The notes under the pieces were generated by a model. The model worked only from the letters and a program-made list of their open reading frames with translations, made no database searches and had not been told where the DNA came from. 64,000 bases of DNA, from positions 30,194,001 to 30,258,000 of the forward strand of contig NC_043014.1 of the NCBI RefSeq assembly GCF_006345805.1, written 5' to 3'. The stretch's first letter is position 1. Every line of letters begins with the position of its first letter. This stretch comes from Octopus sinensis. Taxonomy: Eukaryota. Shown here in pieces: positions 38,886 to 50,820 of the stretch. The position numbers and the translations under genes were made by a program.

Positions 38886-39210
38886 TACAGAGTTGTACTT
38901 GCATAGCAAGTGACTTTATCTGAGATCGTGTGCTGGAACGAAAACAGTTGCAGCGTTGAAGGTGTTTATAAGCCATTTAAGAAACACACAAAAACCGTTA
39001 GATTCACTTCAACATTTAAATTTAATTTGTCAAAATATTTTCGTCGCTTTGAGACCGCGACCTGTTAGCACGATATTTTTGTCAGTGAACAGGTTGCGGT
39101 CTGAAAGTGACGAAAATATTTTGGCAAATTAAATTTAAATGTTGAAGTGAATGTAACGGTTTTTGTGTGTTTCTTAAATGGCTTACAAACACCTCCCACG
39201 CTGCAATATA
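38886..39210. repeat. Fold-back repeat (~115-bp arms) bounded by (TA)n
   Basis: 38948-39066 is inverted at 39088-39206. Confidence 0.85.
39078..39128 (+). ncRNA. Minimal type-I hammerhead-ribozyme-like fold, G3-C8 variant
   Basis: Stem I TTTGTCA/TGGCAAA, core GTGAACA+G, stem II GTTGC/GTGAC, GAA, palindromic AATATT, H17=U. Folded by eye; activity untested. Confidence 0.6.
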
Positions 39211-39569
39211 TATATACACACATATATATATATGTATGTATGTATGTATGTGTGTATATGTGTATGCATGTATGTTTGTGTGTGCGTGTCTGTGCTTGTG
39301 ATTGTCCTCCACCACTGCTTGACAACGAATGTTGGTTTGTTTACATCCCTGTCACCTAGTGGTTTGACAAAGGAAACAGATAGAATAAGTACAATGCTTA
39401 CGAAAATAAAACTGGAGTTGATTCATTAAACTACAATTCTTCAAGGCATTGCCCCAGCATGGCCACAGACCAATGGCTGGAAAAAGCAGAAGAATAAAAG
39501 AATACATTCTCTGCTTTGGTCTTATGTTCAAGGCATGAGAAAGCTTGAGTTTACATGAGAAGGCCTAAC

Positions 39570-39830
39570 AGACCTGGTAGAAACAGCAGCCAAATCTCCC
39601 TCAAATCACACCTTACTGTCTTATGTATGTAATATATATGAGCCAATGAGGGGGACCTCTACATGGTAGCAACCTGGTAGAAATAGCAGCCAAATTTCCC
39701 CCAAATCACACCTTACTGTCTTATCTATGTATATATGTATGTATGAGCCTATGAGGGAACCCCTACATGCAGCTAGACATGGTAGAAATAGCAGCCAAAT
39801 CTCCCTCAAATCACACTTACTGTCTTATCT
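39570..39830. repeat. Local triplication of a ~90-105-bp repeat fragment
   Basis: tggtagaaa(c/t)agcagccaaat(c/t)tccc(t/c)caaatcaca(c)cttactgtctta occurs three times. Confidence 0.8.
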
Positions 39831-40061
39831 TTCTGCTACTTGGATATAGGTGTTATATTCGTCGTAAAAAACTTTCCTGTCACACACTCACGCACACGCA
39901 CACACACACACACACGCACCCTCACACACACACACACGCGCACACACACACACACACTCACACACATGCACGTTAGCTTACAATTTTATTTATATATTTG
40001 CGTGTCTATGTGTGGAAAGAGGAAGTGGGAGGCAGAGTGAAAGAATCACTCACTACAGTAA

Positions 40062-40336
40062 GTGAATTACTTTCATTTTATTCGTTGCCCACTGTGTGTG
40101 TGCGTTTGCGTGTGGTGTAAACCAGACTAAGAAAACATTTGACACACACACCAGAATGTGAGTTTTCTGTAAATTTTGCTTAATTGGAGTTTAATTTTTA
40201 AAAACTGGACCTGGCATGACGCGATGTATTGTACTCTTAAAAATGCTAGGTAAATTGTAATTGAAGAAATCCTATATTGTAGATTTCTATAACTCCCAAA
40301 GGGAGGCAGATAAAATCTGCCTTTTATAATAAGAGA
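40062..40336 (-). mobile_element. Helitron-like 5' segment (family B, copy 1)
   Basis: Minus strand starts TCTCTTATTATAAAAGGCAGATTTTATCTGCC; near-identical to 42154-42429. Confidence 0.65.
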
Positions 40337-40732
40337 CTAGCAGTATCGCCCGGCGTTGCTCGGGTTTGTAAGGAAATAACTATATAAGCATTTTTAGAGA
40401 GTTATAGCCAAAAATAGGAAAAAAATGCATTAAAAATTGAAAAAAAATTAAGGTAATTTTTTTTTAAATCGTTGACACATCGTAGATATTTTTAGAGAGT
40501 TACTTCCCTTATATAATAACGAAAAATATGCATTAAAATGGAAAAATATGATGGTAAATTTTTTTTAAAATCGTAGACTCATCGTAGACGCGCGCTAATA
40601 CCCAGAAGGGCTCGATATGAATCACGACTATAAGATACCCGCTTTTGGTTAAACTGCACCGCAAAATGTGGGAGTAGTTACGAATCTAAATCGTAGGAGA
40701 CAGACACACAACTTCACTCTTATATATAAAGA
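40337..40732 (-). mobile_element. Non-autonomous Helitron (family A, copy 2)
   Basis: Same termini and body as 38392-38785. Its CTAG end abuts the TC start of a family-B Helitron end. Confidence 0.85.
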
Positions 40733-40839
40733 TATAAACCACGTAGTTATATACACATACTTTGTTATATACACATTCTTAAAAGAAATGTTATTTTGAA
40801 CACAACATTTACAAAGAATAAAATATTTTTTGGTTTTTC

Positions 40840-41666
40840 TTAACCTTTCGTTACTATATTTCTGACCAAAATACACCCCTTATGTGTTTCAATTAATTTC
40901 TAACGTAATCATAAATTTAGTCTGGTTTCATTAAACAACTATAACTTTTTTATTTATGAATACATTAATCTGATTTTTGAAGATAATTTAGTGAAATGTT
41001 CTCAACCAATTCTATACTATAATTTTTGTCACAAAGTGACTCTAATTGCAGGTAGATACATGTAAATTGAACAATATATAAAATTATTAAAATTTTGTTC
41101 AAACATCGCAATAGAAAATGGGTTATTAGCTAATATTCAATTGGGTATACAACAAAATTTTACGATAGAATTTGTTATTCTGGGTAACTTTCTAATACCC
41201 ATAATAATATTTATGGCAAAATAGGCCTTAATTTCATTTAAGGTTGTGGGAAATAACAAACTATCGTTTCTTTCGCTTTGTTTAGGTTGAGATCAAATAC
41301 CACATGCTTTTTTTTTCAGTCATAGAGTTAGATTTATGAAGGTCTTCAGTAGAAAATCCTTCGAATTCTGACTCGCTGCTTGATATAATGAAATTCGTAT
41401 CCATTTTTTGTCAGAATTACAAATTTTGAAAACACAATAGGAACAAATTTCGGAAAAAAATCTCCCATAATTCACGGAATTAAAATTACACTTCGATTTT
41501 TGTACAAAACTGTAGTTGAACTGTTTACGAAGTATAATACGTGTTTTCACGAATGTTCTAAAGAGATTTACTCTGATATTCTCATTTAAATATGAATAGG
41601 TAAATTCGGGCGGCTTGGTCACATTAACCAAAATTTTTTCGGGCGGTTTGGTAACGAAAGGGTTAA
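40840..41666. mobile_element. piggyBac-like non-autonomous element (TTAA-flanked)
   Basis: TTAA-cctttcgttac ... gtaacgaaaggg-TTAA terminal inverted repeats. Confidence 0.7.
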
Positions 41667-42153
41667 ACGGATGCATACATTTATTAATAACTATATATAA
41701 GTGTCGTCTGTTTATACAAACACTGTTTCATACTGCAATTATATATACATATATCTATATATAATATTATATAATAAAATATATACAGAGTAAAATAAAA
41801 ACCAATTTACCTTTTCTGTATTGTTATTCGACCGTCCGTGTGTCTTTGCAAATGTGTTGGAATGATAAGTGAGTTGTGTTTTGGCGCCTTTTTTTACTAA
41901 TAACAAACACACACGTGTTTGTATGTAGTTGTTTGAAACGTTTGTGTTTGCCACTCTCATATATGTATGTGTATGCGTGTGTGTGAGGAATGACACACAC
42001 ACACTCACGCACGCACACATGTACATCAATGCTTTTATGAGCGTCATAGAGAGAAACAAATATCGCCATCGCCATAGCCATCGCCATCGCCATAGCCATC
42101 GCCATCGCCATAGCCATCGCTATCGCATTCTATTTTCTACCTGTCAACACACA

Positions 42154-42429
42154 GTGAATTAGTTTCAGTTTATTCATTGCACACTGTGTGTGTGCGTTTG
42201 CGTGTGCTGTAAACCAGACTAAGAAAAGCATTTGACACACACACCAGAATGTGAGTTTTCTGTAAATTTTGCTTAATTGGAGTTTAAATTTTAAAAACTG
42301 GACCTGGCATGACGCGATGCATTGTACTCTTAAAAATGCTAGGTAAATTGTAATTGAAGAAATCCTATATTGTAGATTTCTATAACTCCCAAAGGGAGGC
42401 AGATAAAATCTGCCTTTTATAATAAGAGA
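42154..42429 (-). mobile_element. Helitron-like 5' segment (family B, copy 2)
   Basis: Same TC start and body as 40062-40336; abuts (TA)n of a split SINE. Confidence 0.65.
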
Positions 42430-42610
42430 TATATATATATATACATATATACGACAGGCTTCTTTCAGTTTCCGTCTACCAAATCCACTCACAAGGCTTT
42501 GGTCGGCCTGAGGCTATAGTAGAAGACACCTGCCCAAGGTGCCACACAGTGGGACTGAACCCGGAACCATGTGGTTGGTAAACAAGCTACTTACCACACA
42601 GCCACTCTTG
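42430..42610 (-). mobile_element. 5' half of a SINE family A copy
   Basis: Central microsatellite to head. Confidence 0.8.
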
Positions 42611-42949
42611 TGTATTTGTGTGAGTTGTGTATTAGTATGCATCTACATGTGTTAGAAAAAAGGAATAGTTTTGAGTTTTAAAGTAAAACAACTGCCAAGT
42701 ATTTTAAAACCAAAGGGAGTCCATGTATATATATAGTTGAAATTTACAGTAAAACAAAAGATGAAGACAGGTGTATGAACAACAAGTAGGTGTATTAGTT
42801 TGACGCTTGGGAAAGTGATAAAGTCTTTTATGTTTCAAACCTACAATCTTCATTTGAAAGGAATAAGAGAAAATAAACAGAGAGAATAAAAAAAAATTGT
42901 GGATTTAGCAGTCAAGTATATATATGAGTGTGTGTGTGTGTGTGTACAC

Positions 42950-43260
42950 ACACAGTGTGGAGTGAATAAATTGTAGTCTAAATTATGCAAATATGAAAAT
43001 TACACTGACATCTCATTTTAACAGATATATTTACAAAATTTACATAAAAATATCTTGAAATACTAAAGAGTAAATTTATTCAATAAAATCGCCATTGACT
43101 TCAATCATGGCCTACAGACGACTTTGGAATCTCCTGCAACTCTTCTGGACAGTCTCCTTGTTTAAGTTGGTGAATACTACCATAATCCTTGCCTTCAGTT
43201 CATCTTTGGTGTTACAAGGAGTTTTGGTGGTCCCTCGCTCAACTGTACTCCACACATAAT
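42950..43260 (-). mobile_element. Tc1/mariner transposase C-terminal remnant
   Basis: NPLDYYVWSTVER.T.KTPCNTKDELKARI...FQSRL followed by ..MIEVNGDF. Confidence 0.75.
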
Positions 43261-43599
43261 AATCAAGGGGGTTCACCACTAGAAAAAAATCCCATTTTCC
43301 GTAGCGGTGTCGTATGAAATTGTCACCCATAATTATAACCCTAGTATCGATCTATTGCATTTCAATCTAAGCATGAAATGCTTAGAAGTATTTCACCTAT
43401 CACTATATTTTGAGTTCAAATTCCACCAAGGTCAACTTTGCCTTTCATCTTTTCGGAGGTCTATGAAATAAATACCAGTTACACACTTGGGTTGACATAA
43501 TTGACTATCCTCCTCTCCCAAATTTCAGACCTTGAGCCAATAGTAGAAAAGATTATTGCTGTTGTTGTTATTATTATCTTTTTTTTTCTTCTTCTTCTT

Positions 43600-45326
43600 T
43601 CAAATTTGCTTCCATTTCTTGCCGAGTGTCTTCCCGTCTCCTAGGGCAAAGAAACTCATAGTATACATTGGTATGCCATTAAACTAAACTCACTAGTTCG
43701 TTCATTTTTTTTTTTTAATTAAAATACATGGGTAGTAATAGTTCTCACGTCGACAATGCTCTTCTCAATATGTGTGATGTACCAGTTAAGACAATCTTTT
43801 GCACTTCTTGCAGGGATGGTAAGCCAGGGATCATTCTCATATAATTTTCAGTTCCCTTCTTGATCATTCCTAGTGCTCCTATGATCACTGTATTGTAACC
43901 GCCTTGAGATGCCACATTTTCTCAATTTCAATGAGCAGGTCTTTATATTTTCTGAGCTTGTCAAACTCTTTCGCCGAGATATTATGATCACAGGGGATGC
44001 TCATGTCGATCAATAAGCAAACTTTATTGTTTTGGTCTTTCACAACAATATCCGGTTTATTGGCTTTGATGGTTCGGTCTGTATGTACTGGAAAGTCCCA
44101 CAGAATCGTTACATTTTCTCCTTCAGTTACAGCTTCAGGGTGGTGATTATACCACTTGTCGGCAGTTTTGATATTGTAAGGCCGACTTATTAGCCAGTGT
44201 AGATATTGGCCAACTCTGTCATGTCTTAATTTATACTCCACTGGTGCTAAGACTTTACATCCAGAGATTAGGTGGTCCACTGTTTCAGTCATGTCATTGC
44301 AGAATCGACATTTTGGGTCTGCTCCATTTCTCATCACATTGGCCTGGTAGTTCCGGGTTAATAGGCTTTGATCTTGAGCAGCCAGGATGAAACCTTCGCT
44401 CTCTGCTTTTAACCCTGAGCTCCGTAGCCACTGATGGGTTTGCTTCTGGTCAACATCAGCTTGTTTGCTACGGGCCACATATTTGCCATGCAGAGGTTTC
44501 TCCTCCCACCTATCAGCCAATTGCTCATGTGCTTTTTTCGTTGCCACTATTTTCACCTTCTTTGCAACAATAATTGCCGTACTTCCCTCAGGTTGTTCAG
44601 TTTGGGTATCCTGCACGAGATCAATAGCAAATTTTTTGCTTTCCTTTATGATAGAATGAAGCTTCTTTCGTCTCTCATGATTTTCCATGAGCTTTAGCAT
44701 CCAGTCATTCGTTATTTCAAGATATTTGGCCAATCCAATTGTGATTGTTTTGTAAGCTAGTTCAAATTGGATCAGGCCTCGACCTCCTTGGACTCTGGGA
44801 AGGTAAAGGCGATCTACGTCTGCCTTTGGGTGGTGCATCCTATTACAACTCAGCAGCTTGCGTATTTTCCTATCTATATTCTTTACTTCACTCATATTCC
44901 AGTTCAACAAATTGTAGCTATAAGTAACAACTGGAACTGCTAAGGAATTTATAGCTAACACCTTGTTACGTGCATTTAGTTCAGATTTCAGGACTGCACA
45001 AACTCTTCTATAACATTCCTTCTTGATCTTCTCTTTCATGCTTGCATGCTGAATACCAGAGCCTTCATTTATCCCTAAATATTTGTATGTTTGTTCTTGC
45101 TCAAGCTCTCTTATGACTGTGTCAACATCTAACACGACTGAATTTGTGGTCTTCACTTTCCCTTTCTGGAAAGTGGCCTTGGCACACTTCTCAAGTCCAA
45201 ACTCCATCCCGATGTCATCACTGAATGCTTTCACAGTGCACAATAGGCCTTCAAGTTCATTATCGTCTTTACCATAGAGTTTTAAGTCATCCATATAAAA
45301 TAGATGGCTTATTTTTTTATTGGCAA

Positions 45327-45330
<4 letters not shown>
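43600..45330 (-). mobile_element. R4/Dong-clade non-LTR retrotransposon, 5'-truncated and nearly intact (RT C-half, CCHC-type knuckle, restriction-like endonuclease, 3' UTR)
   Basis: ORF 43885-45438 has HLFYMDDLKLY, YKYLG, DRLYLPR..GGRGL, CRFC..ETVDHLISGC, RHDRV and LWDF...D....ANKPDIV. One frameshift near 43885 before IPV.IGALG. Flanked by (TAA)n/(CAA)n. Confidence 0.9.
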
Positions 45331-45358
<28 letters not shown>

Positions 45359-45593
45359 GCAGAATCATTAGCAGAATCATTAGCATGCCAGGCAAAATGC
45401 ACATCAGCATTTTGTCTGTCTGCACATTCTGGGCTCAAATTCTACCGAGGTTGACTTTGCCTTTCATCCTTTCAAGGGTTGATAAATTAAGTACCAGCTA
45501 AACACTGGGGTCAATGTAATCAACTAGGACCCTCCCTCAAAATTCCTGGTCTTGTGCCAAATTATGAAGCCTTTATTATTATTATCATCATCG

Positions 45594-45633
<40 letters not shown>

Positions 45634-45971
45634 GGTGAAGAACTGAAAGAATTACTAGCACACTGAACAAAACAATTTGTAGCATTTCTTCCAGCTTTAT
45701 GTTCTGAGTTCAACTTTTTTTTTAATCCTTTCTGGATTTAATACAAAATATTATTAATCACTGTTATGAGTGCTTTTAGCACTCTTTTTTCCAACAGGCA
45801 ACACTAAATATATATAACACTAAATATAATATATATATATAAACATACAATAAGATATAATGCTAGAAATAAGAGCTAAAAAATATAACTCGAATAGCCA
45901 CACAAAATCACCAACCTCATGAGATATTCAAGGGACTGTGAGCAGCAAGTCACAACATCTTTCTCCATATA

Positions 45972-46271
45972 TCTATATATATAAAACTAAAGTTGTGTGG
46001 TGTCTGTCTCCTACAATTTAGATTCCTAACTACTCCCACATTTTGTGGTGCAGTTTAACTAAAAGCAGGTATCTTATAGTCGTGATTCAAATCGATCCCT
46101 TCTGGATATTAGCGTGCGTCTACGATGAGTCTACGATTTAAAAAAAAATTTACCATCATTTTTTCCATTTGTAATGCATTTTTTGCTATTATATAAGGGA
46201 AGTAACTCTCTAAAAATGCTTATATAGTTATTTCCCTTACAAACCCGAGCAACGCCGGGCGATACTGCTAG
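45972..46271 (+). mobile_element. Non-autonomous Helitron (family A, copy 3)
   Basis: a|TCTATATATATAAAAC...CCCGAGCAACGCCGGGCGATACTGCTAG|t. Confidence 0.85.
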
Positions 46272-47299
46272 TACATAATACATACATTCATATATATATA
46301 TATATCTTGGAGTAAGAATTTCTATCATTCCTTCTTATTGATATATTTTCAACTTTGACATAAGAATGACACTTATTTTCAGAGAGACTCAATCATAACA
46401 AAACATTTATAACAACGTCAAAACTCATTATCCTCAACCTATCAACTACGTACTTTGATGTCACAGTTATTTGACAATTTTTTAAAATTGTTTGATCTGA
46501 GTAAGTGCCAGAACTTGTCACTTTTACAGTTTCTCCAAGGCTAATGACATTGAGATGGTTTTTGATCCCCCATTTGAACAACTGCCAGATGAAAGCTGGA
46601 GGAAAACACTAGAATAGAAGTAATTCCAGAGAACACTAATGTTTTGAATAAGGAAGGGTTTTCTATTATTCTTTTGTGAATTTAAGTTTGTTTCCTTTTG
46701 GTATATTAGTTTAAGATAACTTCAATTCTAATATAAACTATTAGAATACTGACAATATTTCATTGCTTGTCAAACACTCTGAAACACTTCACTTAAGACA
46801 ATGATAGATAATTAACCAATGTGGATCTTTGTGACAAAAAAGAATTGCACTAGAGACAGTTCCCTTTCCATTACAAATTCAGTCTTTCATGTGAGAAGCT
46901 CTTTGTGGACTACTTACCTGATAAAGAGGAAATCTAGACATAAGCCCATTAACTGGGTGAATGTGTAGAAGAATGTAGATGGCTATCACAAGCATCAAAG
47001 AAGAGAGTTATCAAGCGAATCAATATACAGGAAGTCAGTATCCAAATTTTCCTTGTATACTTGGAAACACTCAAAGATTTTCAGTGCAACAGACACACAC
47101 ACGTCTGTTCCATTCACATCAGAGTTAGCTGAGATTTTATTTACATATTTTGCATTATATAATTGAAACTTTATTTTACATTCTATAACTGGAGCTTGTT
47201 TATATATATATTTACAATAGATTATTTTATTTTATTTATTAGGGAATAAAAATTCTGACATCACAGGGATTCAAATAAAATGAATTATTCTCAATGAGG

Positions 47300-47825
47300 A
47301 AATATATGATATTTAGAGATAGCAGTTCCCATTATCACACCATATAAAAAAATTTTATTTTAATACTTACTACTCATTTCTAAATCTCTGCTACATGTGT
47401 TTCTTGAGGTTCTTTTACAGTTCCTTAAGCACGCAGTGTTTTACAGGAACATTTCTTAAAACGCATCCCCAATCGGCAGGCCTCTAAATAACTTTATAAA
47501 TTTGCCAAACCTTACTCTGCAAGCCATAATTTAAATTATGCCTTACACAGTAAGGTTCAGCGAATTTATTTGCACATACGCATACTATCTGTTAAAATTA
47601 AAATATAGTATTTGGTATTGAATTATAATAAAGTTATTTAGAGGCCTGACGATTGGGGTTGTGTTTTAAGAAATGTTCCTGTAAAACACTGCGTGCTTAA
47701 GGAACCATAAAAGAACCTCAAGAAACATGTGTAGCAGAGATTTAGAAATGAGTAGTAAGTACTAAAATAAAATTCTTTTATATGGTGTGATGATGGGGAC
47801 TGCTATCTCTAAATAACATATATTT
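47300..47825. mobile_element. Fold-back element/MITE with ~200-bp inverted arms
   Basis: 47300-47503 is the reverse complement of ~47630-47825 with scattered substitutions. Confidence 0.8.
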
Positions 47826-48649
47826 ACAATATATAACTGGAGTAGATCATAGATATGAAGGAGTAGAAAGTTGTGGGTCCATCAGGGACTGTTGCAAGTT
47901 TCTCAAAATATCTGGTGAAATAGGATACATGAGTTTTACCCTTATATTTAATCAAGTAAAACAGGTATCATACCCAATGACTGGCATAGTAAACATTGAG
48001 CGTGATAGAATATCAACATAAACTGCCACAAAAGCAAAGGCGATGCCTTAGAGAAAGAAAATTATAGAGTAATCAAGAACATGTCAAGCCATTCTTGATT
48101 TCACATTGTTCTGCAAAATACATATATAACAACTGCAAAGCAGTATTCCATCACAAACTTCACTACATGTCACTGGAACAATAAGCAAATAGAATGTTAT
48201 TCACCAAGTAAAGTTATAGCAGCAGCACTGTTCAAGAATTAAATACTGATAGAGCACAGTGTTTACTGATGAGTGACTGGTGCTTGAAACAAAGCTGAAA
48301 CATTCATAAACAGGCTTCTCACTCACACACACACACACATGCGTGCATGCATTATTATGGATATATGCTCTCCTTTGTCCAGTCCATTACAGCATGGAGG
48401 ACAGACATTAAAAAATGATGATATGTATATATTATCATCATCAGCAGCAAAACTGAGTTCTAGAAGTGCTGTATATCCCAGCCACACACAAGAACACTTC
48501 TCATACTCTCTTCTCTTCCTCACATTTCCTCTTCATGCAATATGCTTACCTCCCACTCCCCAATCCTATCCTCTTGGTCCTGTGCCACTGTATCATTGCT
48601 CCCCACTATCCCCCTCCCAACCTGTGTGTTCTACCCACATGCCCTGTCT

Positions 48650-48870
48650 CAAGCTGGCAGACACGTTAGCGCGCTGGGCGAAATGCTTAGCGGTATTTCG
48701 TCTGTCGTTATGTTCTGAGTTCAAATTCCGCCGAGGTCGACTTTGCCTTTCATCCTTTCAGGGTCGATAAATAAAGTACCAGTTTCGCACTGGGGTCGAT
48801 GTAATCGACTTAATCCCTTTGTCTGTCCTTGTTTGTCCCCTCTATGTTTAGCTCTTTATGGGCAATAAAA
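48650..48870 (+). mobile_element. SINE family B (tRNA-like head, gtcgactttgcctttcatcc block)
   Basis: Other copies at ~26540-26700(-), 30300-30530(-), 36930-37110(-), 43370-43530(+), 45345-45570(+), 54200-54410(+) and 59780-59990(+). Confidence 0.8.
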
Positions 48871-49618
48871 AAATATATATCATTGCTGTCTGCTAGCTCC
48901 TTCCCGACCTGTGTATTCTACCCACATGCCCTGTCCCACTATATCATTGCTATCGGCTAGCCCCAACCTGTGTGTTCCACCCTCATGTAACAAGAAAACC
49001 TTTCACACACCCAACCTCAATACACCAATCTACTCCTCCACGTCTCTTCCTCCTTCATACACTATGCCCAGCTCTCACTCCCCAATCCTGTCCTCATGAC
49101 TTTGTTCCTCTGAATCATTGCGGCAGCCTCCTTGACTATATATATTCAGGTTTTCACCACTCACTCCCCCCACCCTCTGCACTCTTTAATTGTGCTTCTT
49201 TTGCAATATCCTGTCACTTATATTATTACCTTCGAACTCCAAGGGTATGCCCTAGCACTTGCCACCATCCATATCTCTCTCTTCCTTTACTCAACCATCC
49301 CATTTATATTCAGATCCCTGTCCCTTGTAAGCACTTTGCCACCATCTCTATCCTGCTGACTCCCACTTTCTCTCCCCATCTCTTGCACTTCCCTCAGATT
49401 GGGTAACCATGTCACTAGCATAGCTAGAGTGTGTGCTGCCCAGGGTGGCCCTTCCGTTTGCACCCATGGACCCCACAAAATATACATTTGCCAACAACAG
49501 ACCCAAAAGTGGTGCCCCTTTAAAAGTGCTGCCTGGGGCGGACTGCCCCTTCTGCACCCACATCCACTTCCACTAGTGAAACCTGTATTTTCTTTGTGGC
49601 AATGCACCTATTTCTGTC

Positions 49619-49681
<63 letters not shown>

Positions 49682-50748
49682 GCCAGGTAATCTTGTACTT
49701 CCTCTACAACATGACACCTGTTTCTGTCTCTCTCTCTCACTATAACTTATCATCAACCAATACAAGATCACCTCCTCCAATGCCACTTCCTCTCTCAAAA
49801 GAGATTTTTTTTTTGTCTTGCAAATACTTAGTGACCCTGTTAGTGCAGGTGCTACTTAAAAGCACCCAGTCTACACTGTAAAGTGGTTGACATTTGGAAG
49901 GGCATCCAGCTGTAAAAACCTTGCCAAAACTGACATCGCCTGTGTTTGTGCCTTGTAAAAAGCACTAAGTCCACTCAGCTGAGTGGTTGGTGATAGGAAG
50001 GGCATCCAGCTGTAAAACTCCTACCAAAACAGTTACAGAAGTCTAGAATGCCCATTATAGGAGTAATGGGCATTCAAAAAAGTATGTATGTATAGAAATG
50101 TACAAATGAAGTCTTTAATGTTTAAGATTCAAATTAAAGAAGTACAATAATAAATTTTAGCAGTTCAAAACTGTGAGTAGTGAAATGCAGAATTAGGTCG
50201 TCTGATTGTGAGAATCAAATATTGATCACTTCGCTAAAATCTGCAGGTGGTATGGGTTATTTCCCTTGGGTTGTTTAAATAAAATATTAGTAATATGTAG
50301 TAGATAGAAGGATCCATTGGAAGGGCACTAGTATCGATTTTCAACAATCTAAGTATGTCTCGAGGTTTCCAGACATGAGTTCTACTCATGTGTCAAATAA
50401 AGTAAAAAAAGTGATACTGTCTGCAAAAATTAGAAATTGGACACAAAAAAATCAATATTCAAAACATAAACAATGAAAGGAGTTATTTCCCTTGAGTGTT
50501 TAAAAAATATTGTTCAGGTGCTATGGGTTATTTCCCTTCAGCATTTTGAAAAAATAGTTATATGAGGCAGATATAAAGGTCCCTTCCAGGGGCTGTATTA
50601 TTGATTTTTTCAACAATCTAAGTATGTCAAGAGGTTTCCAAACATGAGTTCTACTCATGTGTCAAGTTTCATCAAAATAAATAAAACGATGTATGAGTTA
50701 GATAACAATGCCACAAACAAACACACACTGATTTTCCACATATGTAGT

Positions 50749-50820
<72 letters not shown>

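Noticed and set aside
42060-42125. Regular (GCCATC/GCCATA)n array that looks like a short spaced repeat
   Set aside because: A simple hexamer/18-mer microsatellite with no unique spacers, in eukaryotic context; not CRISPR-like.
42815-42860. Minus-strand ATGAAGA-ttgtaggttt-GAAACATA hammerhead-like spacing
   Set aside because: Position 3 cannot pair with 8 and no stem II forms; too degenerate to call.
46393-46581. 62-aa minus-strand ORF within the long intron
   Set aside because: No recognisable motif or phase-compatible splice sites.
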